Positions 41,593-56,560 of a DNA stretch of 64,000 bases are shown here, in pieces. The position numbers and the translations under genes are program-made. The DNA is from the human T2T-CHM13v2.0 reference genome, Homo sapiens. Numbering within the stretch: the stretch's first letter is position 1; every line of letters begins with the position of its first letter. The notes beneath the pieces were generated by a model. The model was not told the DNA's origin. It did no database searches and was given only the letters and a program-made list of their open reading frames with translations. The stretch is from NCBI RefSeq assembly GCF_009914755.1, contig NC_060925.1, one strand, 5' to 3'.

Positions 41593-44326
41593 TAACCTAT
41601 AGTTTGTAAATGCCTCTCAGCTGGTGACCTGAAACATGATAAATATTCCTTTTCGGGGGGTAAAAAAGAGAGGTTGAAGAGAGAGCTTTCTTCTTTCTGC
41701 CTACAATTTTTTTTTCATTAGAGCTTTATAGGGAATATTAAGCCTAAACTGGCCAAAAAAGCAACTAATCTTTTTACCATGTGTGACAGCAAGCAAATGC
41801 TGGGGCATGGCCAGCTTACAGAAGCATACAGTTTTGGGACTTAGAATCAATATGTAAAATAAAGTTCCATCTTTGTTTTTTCACTTACTTTTTGTTACTG
41901 GTTTTTATAGTAAGAGGAATTTTTAGTGAAAAGTTTCCATTTTAGAGGTCAAGTCCCTCTTTGCTTTATTTTGACCACATTTCAGATTTCCCAAAGAAAA
42001 CACTACAGAGAAAAATAAAACTAAATGCCTCACAGTGCAGCACAGTTTAAAAAGAGGTTTGGGAAAATAACCAAAGAAACATTCGGGGGGGGTTTCTTAA
42101 GACCATCAAGAAATGTTAAAGGCTTAAAATTCAACTTAGATGATAATATTAGAGCTATAAACAATTGTTGAAATAATTTTGTCCATTATGCATAGTAATC
42201 ACTTCATGTAGTGATTTGCTTGAGGTCAAACTGTAATTCAGTGACATATTCTAGGGCAGAGGTGGTTTTCTTTTGTTTTTTTTTTTTTTTTTCTTGATTC
42301 CTCAATAAGCCAGCCAGACTCTCTAGTCAAGTAAAGTAAACATGGAAATGGAAGGGGGAAGAAATCTGGAGCCATGTTATTTGACAGACGTGGCCTAAAG
42401 AAAATCCATAAATTTTGGTTAAAATGCCTAAATGAGCCTTGACTGGCCCTTGTCCTTCTAGAGGACTTCTTCATTCCCAAGTAGAATCCATGCAATCTGT
42501 CCAATATCCTTCCAAAAAATTTCTTTTTGGTTAAGTTAACCAAAGCCTGTTTCCATTGTTTACAAAGAAAAATGATACATATCTTTTTGGCATATTCTTG
42601 TACTGCAGGGTTTCTGCAGGGTTTCTCAAAGTTCTTTTGTATGCTAGTGTAAATATTCAAAGGGAGTTATACATGTGGCAATTCCTATATTTATTTGACC
42701 TTTTCTTGTAAAACCTAATTTGAGGTTTTTTTCCAGAACACACTCTGGAAAGCACTGCATTATAACATTGCTGTCCCCTGAGGCACTGCCTCAACCCTAG
42801 AACTGATTCTCAACCTACTTTGAGAGCTTTAAGAGCCTCTCTTATTTACCAAATAAGGGTGCTGCAATTTTATATTATGAGGGTAGTGTAAGCTCTGTGC
42901 TGTAATGTTGCAACATTCAGTTAGGACATTGATAACAATTTTACATGAGGCATTCTAGTTGAACTTTCTGGGTAGGGTTCCAGACTTTCTCTGATTTAGT
43001 TTTTGTTGTATTATGGATTCATATACATTCTGGACAATGTTCCGTGCTTCAGTTTCCCTTGAGATGAAACAGAAAAGAATGATACTAACCTGATATCTCC
43101 CTCAGCACTGGCAGGTTGAATTAGGTAATGCCTGCAATGTGGCTTGAATTCTTCAGAGAGAAGAATTTTAAAACACCAACAATGAATGTTATAGAAATGA
43201 CTGAAAAGCACTTCTCATATATTTTAATCCAATGTTTAGTATTTGCATAACCAGTCTATTAAATCCTTTTGAGTAGGATATGGGAATGACAAAAGTCATA
43301 GAAACTGCTTCGTGACTGTCTTTTCCAAAAGAAAAGAGAAAAATACAAGTCAGAATTCCAGTTCACACTGAGTTCTGCACATGCTTGAGAAAGTCTGGCC
43401 TCGTAGTAGGGCTATTGCTGCCCCACTAACCCTGATAGTGGTGATATAGATTGCTCTACAATTAACATGAGTGGTGGGTGCATGTAATCAGGCAGTGTTA
43501 TGGGCCATCTTTATAGCATGTCCTATCTCTACTGCATGCCTGATTAGGAAATACATACATTGTCTATTGTCTTTGGCCCAGTACTCTGTCCCCCGATTTT
43601 GCAAGTTATTTCAACTTAAGGTAAGGTAGTTGGGGAAAAGTTTGAGTACTAGTCAATGAAGCATTCTACTCATTTATTTCTAGAAAACCTCTAATACCCT
43701 TCCCATTGGACAAATATGGTATTGAATATTTAAAAGACTAACATAACTTCAAATTCATGGCCTCTTTTGTTGGTCTTCACAAAGAGGGTTTTTACAAATG
43801 GCAAAAAGCTGTTCGTGGAAGTAAGTCTGCTGCCTTTTCTTGCACCTTGCATGCCCAGCACAAAGCCCACAAGTGAGAACTTCATGACCTCTGAACTTAA
43901 CAAAACAGAAACAATAAGTGAGTAGCTGTCTGCAACAGGAAGTGGACATTTACAGTGACATCATGGAGCTTTGATGGAGGGGGTGGAAGTTGCTCACAAA
44001 GGTGAGAGATAAACTCCTGAATTCTCTTTCTCAGTGGGAATCTTGGCTACACTTGAAAATGAAGACACAGCAAAAGCAAGTAATTTTGTCATCTGTTAGA
44101 TAAAGATTACACACCTACTTTAACTTTTGCTTTTCTGCTTGGTGATTCCTGGGCTAAAGTCACATAGTTAATCAGAAACACTCCTGAGGAGAAAATAATG
44201 GTTTCAATTCAACCAGAATGTGATAATTGGTGATATTTAGATGGAACTTGCTTTTATTTTTCTTACAGAACTGCATTTCCCAATATACTTTTTTTCTGAG
44301 GTGAGGTGGTGTTTTATGAAGTTTGT

Positions 44327-44945
44327 TCATTCATTTAGTATATTAAGTACTTATTGGGCACTACTGCATGCCATGATGTTCTAGCTCCTGGTGATATAAT
44401 GGTGACTAGCACACATTCCGTAAGCTAAGGTGTTTTATATACTAGTTGTAAAGATAGACAGTAAATAGGTAACTTTAGAACAGCGTGATATGTATTTGAT
44501 AAAGAATCTGAATGGGTAGGAGGAACACATAAATGATCTTAAAGCTGGCCAGCACGGTGGCTCACACCTGTAATCCCCGGCCTTTGGGAGTCCGAGGTGG
44601 GCAGATCATGAGGTCAGGAGATCGAGACCATCCCGGCTAACATGGTGAAACCCCATCTCTACTAAAAATACAAAAAAAAAAAAATTAGCCAGGCGTGGTG
44701 GCGGGTGCCTGTAGTCCCAGCTACTCAGGAGGCTGAGGCAGGAGAATTGGCGTGAACCCAGGAGGCGAAGCTTGCAGTGAGCTGAGATTGCACCACTGCA
44801 CTCCAGCCTGGGCGACAGAGCGAGACTCCATCTCAAAAGAAAAAAAAAAATCTTAAAGGATATTAGGTGATGCATTGCAGAGGAAATGATAGCTGAGCTG
44901 AGAACTGAAAGTTAAATAAAAATTAGGTGAAGAAATGAAGATAAA
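44327..44945 (-). mobile_element. L2 split by AluY
   Basis: TTCATTCATTTAG...TATTGGGCACTAC; GAGGAAATGATAGCTGAGCTGAGA. Confidence 0.65.
44547..44849 (+). mobile_element. AluY
   Basis: GGAGATCGAGACCATCCCGGCTAAC, GGCGTGAACCC; TSD ATCTTAAAG (44536 and 44850). Confidence 0.92.
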
Positions 44946-45086
44946 GGAGATAAATTTCTCTCTTACAGCCTTAGAAGTACAACCTTTTTAAACAGTAATA
45001 CTAGTCAATGGTTTTGATTACTTAATAAATGCTTCGTGATTTACGTATTTGTCACTTCTTGTAACAATTCTATGAAAAAAAATGAG

Positions 45087-45764
45087 TGTAGCAGGTCATG
45101 TCGCACTAATGCAGGCCTCTGTAACAACTGTTTTAGCACTGACTGAGTGGTAAAGTTAAATATTAAAAGCTGATAGACCCAGTGCCCTTACAAAGTCTGG
45201 AACGTAACAAACGTCCACCAAAAGTTTTGCCCAGGCTTTCCTGGGTCTTGAAATGGGTCTATGACAAGATAATGAAGGAATTCTTAACAAGACCCACTTA
45301 GGATTAAACAAGTTTTATTGGGGGCCTGAAGAAACTCCCCAGACCTCCACAAACAAGTTTATTGGCGGGGGAGGGGGGAGGTCTAAAGGTCTAAGGAAAT
45401 GCCCAAACCTCCATGATTTAGCAGGAGACAAAACAAGGGTAATCACTCCAGAACCTGGACACATTTGGATTAAGTAGATTTACTGAGGCTCCAGAGGAAG
45501 GTCTTCAGGACTCAGATCTTAGTTACAGATTAGAAGAAGTTAATCACTTATGTCTTTAGATGAATGCATGCTTGCACGTAGGCATATAGCTTAGAAGGTA
45601 TATAAGCTCTGGAAAACTTTGTAATTTTGAGTTGATCTGGCAATATTTTCCAGGCCTACTCCCTGTACCTGGTTGCAGAAATAAAATCTCTTCTTTCCCA
45701 GTTCATCTGCATCTCATTATTGGGCCACAAGAATAAGCAGCCTGACCCTCAGTTTGGTCTTACA
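45087..45764 (+). mobile_element. ERV1-class solo LTR (subfamily not assigned)
   Basis: TG...CA termini; TATA box GTATATAAG ~45598; AATAAA ~45679; 4-bp TSD TGAG/TGAG. Confidence 0.8.
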
Positions 45765-47057
45765 TGAGGGGACTTCAAAAACGTTTATGGAAAATATGTA
45801 CTATAAAAAACTATTCATGAATCCCAAACAATTTCCTCACAAAAATAAACTTGTGCTAGCTCATTATAACATGTTTAAACAGAATTCAGTTTGAGGCACA
45901 AAGAAGAATAAGACATCAGTTTCAAAAGAGACCCCATCAGAGCAACATAAATTCTGCTAAAATTGAAGGAAGAACAAACATCAAATTTATCATGAAGCTT
46001 GGATGAAAAATAATAAAATGATTAAATGCTTTACACAAAGTTTATGGCGACAGTGACCCAAATAAATGAACAATTTGTAGATGGATAACTCATTTTAAAG
46101 AAGGGACAAGACTACGTGGAAGATGAATCCCTCAGCAGTAGATCCTCCTCAACAATTTGTGAGGAAAAACTTCATCTTGTTTCTATCCTAATTGGAGAGT
46201 ACCGATGATAAATAGAAGAAACAATAGCCAACACCACAGACATCTCACTAAGTTCAGCTTACACAATTATGACTGAAAAATTAAAGTTCAACTCAATGTT
46301 TCCATTCAATGGGAGCCAAAACCATTGCATCCAGATCAGCCACAGACAAGAATGGAGATTTTAATGTAAATTTTAAACATGTGGATCAAAATCTTGAACT
46401 ACTTCTTTGAAGAATTGTAACAGAAGATGAAACATGGCTTTACCAGTACAACACTGGAGACAAGTCACAGTCAAAACAATGGCTACCAAGTGGAGAAAGA
46501 GGCCCAGTCAAAGCAAAGGCAAACTGGTCAAAAGCAAAGGTCATGGTAAGAGTTTTTTGGGATGTTCAAGGTATTTTGCTTTTTGATTGTCCAAAGGGCC
46601 AAAAAACTATAAATCTGCTTATTATGAGAGGGCTGTGAGAAAGTTATCCAAAGCTTTAGCAGAAAAACACCTAGGAAACCTTCACCAGAGAGTTCTTCAC
46701 CACAGCAATGTTCCTCTTCGTTCCTTTCATCAGAAAAGGGCAATTTTGAGTTTTGATGGGAAATTATTATGCATCCACCTTCCAGTCCTGCTTTGATTCC
46801 TTCTGCCTTCTTTTTGTTTTTCAATCTTAAAACATCCGTAAAGGACACCCATTTTTTTTCAGTTAGTAATGTAAAAAAGATTGCATTGATATGGTTAAAT
46901 TCCCAAGACTTTCAGTTCTTTAGAGACAAACTAAATGGCTGGTAGCATCACTTATAAAAGTCTCTTGAACTTGATAGAGCTTATGTCGAGAAATAAAGTT
47001 TATATTTTTATTTATCTTTTAATTCTATTTTTCCACAAACTTTTTGAAGATCTCTTA
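45765..47057 (+). mobile_element. Hsmar2 mariner DNA transposon, near full length, decayed
   Basis: TIR TGAGGGGACTTCAAAAACGTTTATGGAAAA ... TTTTCCACAAACTTTTTGAAGA; ~1.3 kb; transposase motifs present. Confidence 0.93.
45946..46996 (+). pseudogene. Hsmar2 transposase pseudogene
   Basis: NSAKIEGRTNIKF N-terminus (start codon mutated to ATA); WEPKPL ~46310; RIVTEDETWLYQY at 46411; many stops and frameshifts. Confidence 0.88.
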
Positions 47058-47180
47058 TGCTATTATTGTTCCTATTTTAAGGGTGAAGTAGAGTCTTATG
47101 GAGATTGAGCTGTTTGCTCAAGGTCAGACAGTATGTAAGTAGACAAATCTAGATTTAAACACGAGTTGGTCTGAACAAGG
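47058..47180 (-). mobile_element. MIR (second half; first half ~45020-45080)
   Basis: CTATTATTGTTCCTATTTTAA...TTGCTCAAGGTCAGACAG continues AACAATTCTATGA. Confidence 0.6.
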
Positions 47181-47509
47181 AAACGGAGTTTTCCCAGCAT
47201 GATATATACTGGCTCTTAGATCTCTGTAACTGGCTACATTTAGCTAGATGTGGGTGGAATGTTGATCTAAGGCCGCTAATTTATCAACTAGGTAGGATCC
47301 AATTAGTCTATTAATCTTATGAATTTCATCAAAGAAAGACATAGACAATGTGGTGGGCTAATGGTTGGCACTGGAACTTAAGGCTATGATATACAGACCA
47401 GGATGGCCAAAACGGGACATGTATACAATGCATAAATGGAGGAATTTATTTAACAAAGAGTAAAGAATAGGATTTGTGAAGAATCTTCTGAGATATGGAG
47501 AGAGGAGAC

Positions 47510-48165
47510 TTGAAATGCTTATACATCATTGATGGGCGTGTAAATTACTTCAATCATTGTAGAAAGCAATGTGGGGATTCCTCAAAGAGCTAAAAACAGA
47601 GCTACCATTTGATCCAGCAATCCCAGCAATGTACCCTCTGGGTACATACCCAGAGGAATATAAATCATTCTACCATAAAGACACATGCATGTGTATGTTC
47701 ATTGCAGCACTACTCACAATAGCAAAGACATGGAATCAACCCAAATGCCCATCAATGACAGATTGGATAAAGAAAATGTAGTAACTATACACCATGGAAT
47801 ACTATGCAACCATAAAAAGAATGAGATCATGTCTTTTGTGAGAACATAGATAGAGCTGGAGGTCATTATCCTTGGCAAACTAACACAGGAACAGAAAACC
47901 AAATATCATGTGTTCTCACTTATAAGTGGGAGCTAATTGATGACAACACATGGGCACAAAGAGGGAAATACCAGACACTAGGGCCTACATGAGGGTGGAG
48001 GGTAGGAGGAGGCAGAGGAGCGCAAAAAAAAAAATAACTATTTTGTACTAGGTTTAGTACCTGTGTGACGAAATAATCTGTACAATAAACACCTGTGACA
48101 TAAGTTTACCTATGTAACAAACCTGCACATGTACCCCTGACCCTAGAATAAAAGTTCAAAAAAAG
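47510..48165 (+). mobile_element. L1PA13-16-like 3' end
   Basis: ORF 47569..47781 (FLKELKTELPFDPAIP...YHKDTCMCMFIAAL); 3'UTR ACCTGCACATGTACCCCTGA. Confidence 0.9.
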
Positions 48166-49077
48166 GATTCAATAAAATAATGTGAGACTGTTTGTTACAA
48201 TGCCCCAAGTGTTGCATTTTCTTGACTCCCCCTTTGGTTGGTCCTTCCTTCTTGCTGCTTCTTTTTTCCCCCTCCTTCTCAGGTATTTTTTCCCCTTCCT
48301 TCTAAATGTGTTTTTTATAACACTTATATTTCAGAAATCATTTTTGAAGAGAAATAAGAGGCACATTCCAGAGTTTAATAGTGAGAGCCACAGGAGGAAC
48401 AGGGGGGCAGGAGTTCCTTTCCAATGTCATCCTTTCTCCATAGCAAACCAGGGGAACGGAAGAGATAAGCTAATATGTCATTATCATCTCTAATTTTCCT
48501 GATCATTTCTCCTGGAACTGACACAAGGGCCAGATGTGGTTCAGAGAAAAAGTGTACATTTGGCTCTGGAGGAAGGCTTCAGAACTTTTAATAATCCCTT
48601 AAAATGCCTGATTCACCTTAGAAAGATTCCCAGGGAACTCCAAAAGACCTTTACCATAAAGAGTAGAGGTAAAGGTTTTGGAAGAGGGTAGATGAGCTAG
48701 GAGGCAATAGGAAAGAGAAAGTATAAGTGAAGTGTCAGAATGGTTCAAATAAAAGGTATCAATGTCTAATCAGAACAGAGGACTGCCTGATATAATTCCC
48801 AGGTTGTCAAGTTGGCTGTGAAAGACTATGAGAGGATAATGAGGATGGCTGACACTTTTAGGAAGACATGGTTGAAATCTTTGTCTATTTAGAGCAGGGC
48901 TGAATCTAGTGTCAACCTGTTAAGGGAGCAAATTTCTTAAGCAATGCTATTGCATTATATGGCTACAAGGGGCATCATTTGCATTATAATCTACGTGAAC
49001 ATCACCTTGGGGGTGTGAAGCAGTGCAGTGCAAAGCCTGACATAAGCGTCTTCAGTCTATTGCCTCATTTATAGTTG

Positions 49078-49127
49078 AAAGAGCTGGAAGGCTCAAAGAG
49101 CTGGGAGGCTCAAAGAGCTGGGAGGTC
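49078..49127. repeat. 17-bp tandem triplication AAAGAGCTGG(G/A)AGGCTC inside a MIR(-)
   Basis: Units at 49078, 49095, 49112. Confidence 0.9.
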
Positions 49128-49654
49128 AAGTCCCTGCCTAGGGTCCTATAGGCAGTAACAGAGCTGAACCATAAGTCAAGTTACTCTACTTTCAGTTCAG
49201 TGATTTTTCAGCTAAACTTGTGACTCTCAACCTGTGGGTTGCAAATCTCTAGGGAATGTGGAATTATTACAAGGAGTTGTGTGTATGTGTATTTCCCAAT
49301 CAATGTATACTAAAAGTATAATTACTATGCACTAGGTTTTATTTAAAATTATTTGCATTAGAGGAGCTCTTCATACAAGATTATGTTGCCAAAATCACTT
49401 TGTCTGCTAATCATACTGCTATTGTCTGTGCTGTTCACATTTTTTACAAAAAAGAGAACATAAACAATACCTTTGAAAGATGAGAGCTTGAGATGTTCTT
49501 GCCAGACACAGCCTGTATTATGATGTTATCCAACTAGGGTCTTTTACTTTATCTTGAAAATACTTCACAGTAAGAAAGCATATGTGGAAAAAGGTTCAGA
49601 TTCAAATCTAACTCAGCCACTAACTGCATGACCTTGGGTGAGCTATTTATCCTC

Positions 49655-50030
49655 TCTCATTTACTTAATAGGCAATTATTGAGTGCTTACTAGGTTGCAG
49701 AAATTTTCCTGGTGTAGAGAACCAGATGAAAGAACAAGTCATAACCTTAAGACAGAGAAGAAAACAGATGAGAAAACTTATTACCATACAGGGCAATAAG
49801 TTCTGTGATCATTTTATTACTTGTTCACAATGGAATCCTAGAGGAGTGTAATCTACCCCAGATGTGGGGAGGGATGACAGTTTTAGGGTATTCTTCCCAG
49901 GGTTTTTGAAGCTGAACTGTGGAGCAAAGTTAGTCACCAATAAGTGAAAAAGCAGGAAAAGGAACACATTCTGGACAGAGAAGGTGCCATTTACACGCAG
50001 AGGAGGATGAAACGCTACATACTGTATGGC
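49655..50030 (-). mobile_element. L2 fragment
   Basis: TTATTGAGTGCTTACTAGG...GGAACACATTCTGGACAGAGAAGG. Confidence 0.55.
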
Positions 50031-51199
50031 TCAATTTTCCTACTCTCAATCTTTGGAACCTAGATTTGCTAAGAAAAAGCAAAATGGAAATCTATGAGTT
50101 ATCTTACATATTTGAAGAAGCTTAAATACAATCACAAAATTTTCCATCTAAGTGTTAAGGCTAACTAAAATGTCAAGTTCCTTAGCCTTTCATTTTAATT
50201 TTGTCAACTAAGTTCATTTCTCTGAGTACGCCATATTAATCAGAAGCTCCATTTGAGAATTGTATGTGGTGCTAATCTCTAATATACAAACACTGTTACT
50301 TAATACTTACAGTTCAGTAGGCAAAGTTCTTTCAACTATAAGGTGAATGGAAGATGTAAGCGAATGCATGAGATCCTACATGAGGCTCTTATATGGATTT
50401 TGGAAGCAGGACATTCATCAATATGCCTGGCTTATAGATAGTGCTCAAGAGCCACAGGTTGAATTAATAAATTAACAGAGATCTAGGTTGTAGGTGGAAT
50501 TGCTTGGCAAGCCCCTTCATACCTTTCTTGTACATTGGCTTTCAAATCCAAGCATTACTCACTCCTTTCCTTCTTTGAGACACATAAAGCAAGAAGTGAA
50601 TACCAAGGAAGCATGTAAAAATGTCTGGGTTGTCATTTCTTTCCTAAAATAGTTATATTTGCAAATAATATAGTCAATGAGAATTCAAAGTACCATACTA
50701 AGATATTAGGATAATAGGCTTCTTCCTAGGATAAGTATACTAGGATGTCTTTACTAGGCAACTCTTCTGTCTATTCAGAATTGTAATTCAATTAAATGAC
50801 TACTCATGTAGATTATAGGATACCTAAGAAGTTATTTATAGGACACCTATAAGAAGATACAGGGCCTTACTTTAATTTGCAATTAAATTAGGTACAAGTG
50901 AACACAGATGAAACATTTCAAGACAGGAACTAGATGGTCATGGTACCCTTTTATGCTTTCTCCCTACTATTCTACAACTCTTTTCAAACAGATGTGTCTC
51001 GGTTTTGGCCATAACTCCACTAAACATGTCACTTTGCCATCTATATTATATCCTCTGTAATATAATTTTTTAAAAATCTATAAGGTGGGAGTGAATAGTA
51101 AGACTTCCTTGTAATATTTAAGTAAGATAAAATGAAGTCAAACATAGAACATACATTAAATAGTTGTTATTGTGAGGGAGGCAGCAAGGAGTATTGAGG

Positions 51200-51562
51200 G
51201 TGGCTTGAATTTTAAATAAGAACAACTAAGGTTATATTATCTTTCTGCTTGTTACCAGTTTTGTAGTCTTAGGTAAGAAAATTAATCCCTCAGAACTTCT
51301 TTTCACAATGTGTTAAGTGAGAATACAATTTATTTATGGAATTTATGTGAAGATAAAATTAACTAATACATGATACAAAACCTAAGATACTGCCCTGAAT
51401 ATGAAAGATAATACAATGAAGAAATTTTCTCTCTCCCATGCTGGACAGTGAGAAATCTGGAAGCAGAAGCTTTCATGAACAATTTGTCATTGTATCTGCA
51501 GTATCTAGGACATAGCTTAGAACCTAGAAGGTTCTTAATAAATATGAGTTGAACTGAACTGA
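51200..51562 (+). mobile_element. MIR followed by L2 3' end
   Basis: GTCTTAGGTAAG...GTGAAGATAAAAT; CTTAATAAATATGAGTTGAACTGAACTGAA. Confidence 0.5.
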
Positions 51563-52467
51563 ATTTTTAAAGCACCTATTCAGTTAGACTTCTTTAATGC
51601 ATAGAATATAAATCCATTCAATTCAAGATTTCTCAAATAAAGATACACACAGATTAGGAACATGAGCAATCCAAAAAATCAAGATGCAGAATTCTAAAGG
51701 TCAAATAACTCATTGTGTTGCATTGTGTCTAAATCAGGGGTTGTTCTGTGTGTAAATCATGGGCTTATAGCAGCAGAAGTTTGAGGGTTTTTGTTCTACT
51801 ACTCAGGATTCTGCTGTGCTCCAAATGCTTGCTGATCACTTTGCTCCTGACCAGCAAATTCCGCCTACTCTTTCAGCTCTGTTTTCCATGGGTTAACAGT
51901 GAATTGCCTCAACTCATCTTTGTTAGCAGTCTATGAAATACTTCTCTAATTGGCTTGCGGATTGTCTGCCTTATGGTCATAAGGCCACTTCTGGTCTCCA
52001 GAGGTTTTATCTGCTTCCCAGAACAGGAAGCCTGGGCAGTGCAGTTACAGCCAGAAGAGGGAGGCTGGGCACAGCAGCCAGCTCAAGCATCCTGTTCAGT
52101 ATACATCACCCTTTGATTTCATCCACTCACAGCCTTCCTACCTCAAAGTAAGTTTCTAATCATTTCATCCTGGCTAGAGGAAGGAATGGTAAAAACAGCC
52201 TCTGTATCAAGGGTTTATTTGAAGAATGTGGTTAGATTTCTCATCTACAACTCCTTGAGAAACAGAGAAGCAGCAGCTATGCTAACATTTTTGTTTAAAA
52301 TATACAATAGATAAAGAGGATTCTGAGCTGCTTAGCAGGATCTGGCAAGAGAGATGTTTTGATTTCAATGTTGCCAAATTTGTGTATGTAAGATAAAGAA
52401 CTTGAACCAATTAAAAAGAAAAGCCTCCCACCTTGGGAGAAAGATACCAGAATAATAAGAAGCTAGC

Positions 52468-52491
52468 TTTTTTTTTTTTTTTTTTTTTTTT
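52468..52491. repeat. poly(T)24
   Basis: Visible directly. Confidence 0.9.
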
Positions 52492-52959
52492 CCTAATGGT
52501 CAGGAGCTGAGAGCAGTGAGGGGTACATTCAGGAAAGCCTCATCCAGGTATGGTTGCTGCAAAGTACATCTTGAGAGGACACTCTAAGACTCAAATTGAA
52601 CCCTTTCCACTTTCTTCATAAAACAAGCAACTGATAATAGAGTCTAAACAATAGTCATGTTTTGGTTCTAGAGGGGTCATTGTGATCAATCTGTTGCAGG
52701 CTGCAACAGATTAGGGAATACACAGATCAGAGAAATCTACCTTGGGACCAAGGGTATGAGATGAAGCAAGGTGTGACTAGTGCTTTTTGATGTTTTCTCC
52801 TTTCCTTCTCGTTGTACCTAATACGTAAGCACTATAATGCCTTCTTCTAAAAGGATGTTTAATTTGGTTGGACCTTGTAGGTTGCTTAAGATAATTAAAA
52901 TAGATTGCATGCAAATTAGGTGGCTAAAAAGTTTTCTGAGCTGGCTTTCTTCCTCATAG

Positions 52960-54790
<1,831 letters not shown>

Positions 54791-56369
54791 AATGAATCCT
54801 ATTTATCTGGTTCCTAGTTCTGAATTACAGAAATGACACATATTCCTTGAGTTGTTCAAAAGGAACTATTTAGAGGTCTTTAGAGGCTAATTTTGGGGTG
54901 GGAAACTATGGAAATTCGATTATAAGACTCAATAATGGAATGAAGTAAAGATTTGAGCATGAGCATCCTTGGGGAAAGCTGGCAATCAAAAGGAACAAAT
55001 GAGGTCTTATTGGGCAGACAAGCAGGTTCAGGTTGAGGTAGTTAAAGGTGAAAAATGAGTGATTACATTCCCAGACAGGAACCAGGTAGCCAGAAAAGAA
55101 AGAATGGATCAGGAATCAGTCTCAGCTTTGTAGTTACCTAAGTGAACTTAGGCAATGTGCTGGGTGTCTCTCTGACACAGGTTGCTCCTTTAACAATGAT
55201 AAATTAATTCCTTACCCCAAAGCTTATGAGAGTAGTTGCCCCTGATATGGTCCTATGCAAGTTATCTGTGTAATTTGGAATGGGACAGAAATTATTACTT
55301 TTATTTAAGATCATCTTGTCCTTGATGACCCCTGGAATTCTGGCCATTTAGCATTAAAGTACATAAATATCTATGAAAAGCATCTCTTTGACTCAGAAGG
55401 TATATAATTGGTGGCTTTTTGCAAACCTTAGCTAACATCCCACACAGAAAACGCCCTACTGCTGCCAGCCTTGCCAAGGCAGCTCCGTGCGGCTGAGCAA
55501 AATGCATTCTGTTCTGCGTCATGCATCATCAACAAAATTGCCACTTAAGCCCTGATTCCAGAATCTTTATTGTTGGTTCTAATTTATGAAGCAAACATCA
55601 GAACACAGCTTGATTTTTCAGATGCCAAGATGAGTTGGCAGTTGCTAAAATCTTGTTTTGACTTGCAAACTGATTGTATTTGAGGTTAAAGCTATGAAGG
55701 AGGCACAAATTCGAGACACCAGTGTTTGATTTATTATTCTCACCTTCAAGCCTTTAGATCTGAGGTTTGTGTTATGAAGGGACAGAAACTGAGGAGTAGG
55801 TCTGCAGAAGTCTTTTTTAAAAATTACTTTAATGTTTGGTAACACCAATGAATACATAACTAAGTAAATAAATAATGTATTAGCACCTGAGTGTAAATTT
55901 AATCAACTTCTTGTTCAGCATAAGAAGCTCCTATAGGGCTAGGAGTTATTAGTTGCCTGTGAAACCAAGAATCTACTTAGGCCAAACTGTCTGGCATTAC
56001 TTAGAGGACAAAAATATCAGGGCATCCTGTAGATGGTGTTGAGAGAAAGAGAAAGCAGAGACTTGTGAATTGTGCTTTTAGTAGGAGTTGGCTGCCAATT
56101 TTCAAATGTTCACCAAAGACTTCTGGTATAAAGTGAGATTTGAGAAACTGTTTGAGGCCAAGAGAGGAAAGGATACTTTAAGAGAAGGACACCCAAGACT
56201 GGTCTGCTCATGAAAAGGCTCTGAGTTTGATTCCAGGTATCACGTTACCTCCTTATCTGGTCATGCAAGGCCTTTTACAACCTCGTTTTATCTTACTTTT
56301 CCAGCTGAATCCCTCGTGTTTTCTTCCACGTGTGTATTGTGCATATCAGTGTCACAACAAATCAATGTA

Positions 56370-56560
56370 ATTCCTTCAGCCTCTACTATGTACCCCACAA
56401 GGAGCATTCCAAGTGTTACCTCAGTTGATTTTTACAAAAAATCTAGAAGGTAGATATTATTATATACATTTTACACATGAGAAATACAGCAGAGGAAGGA
56501 TAATTCACTTGCCAAAAGTAACACAGCACATCCATGGAATAGCAGGATTAAAAAGCCTGC
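56370..56560 (-). mobile_element. MIR
   Basis: GGTAGATATTATTATATACATTTTACACATGAGAAA...CTTGCCAAAAGTAACACAGC. Confidence 0.65.

Noticed and set aside
42238-42660. 140-aa minus-strand ORF in unique DNA
   Set aside because: Contains poly-K from a T-run; no recognisable domain or splice structure
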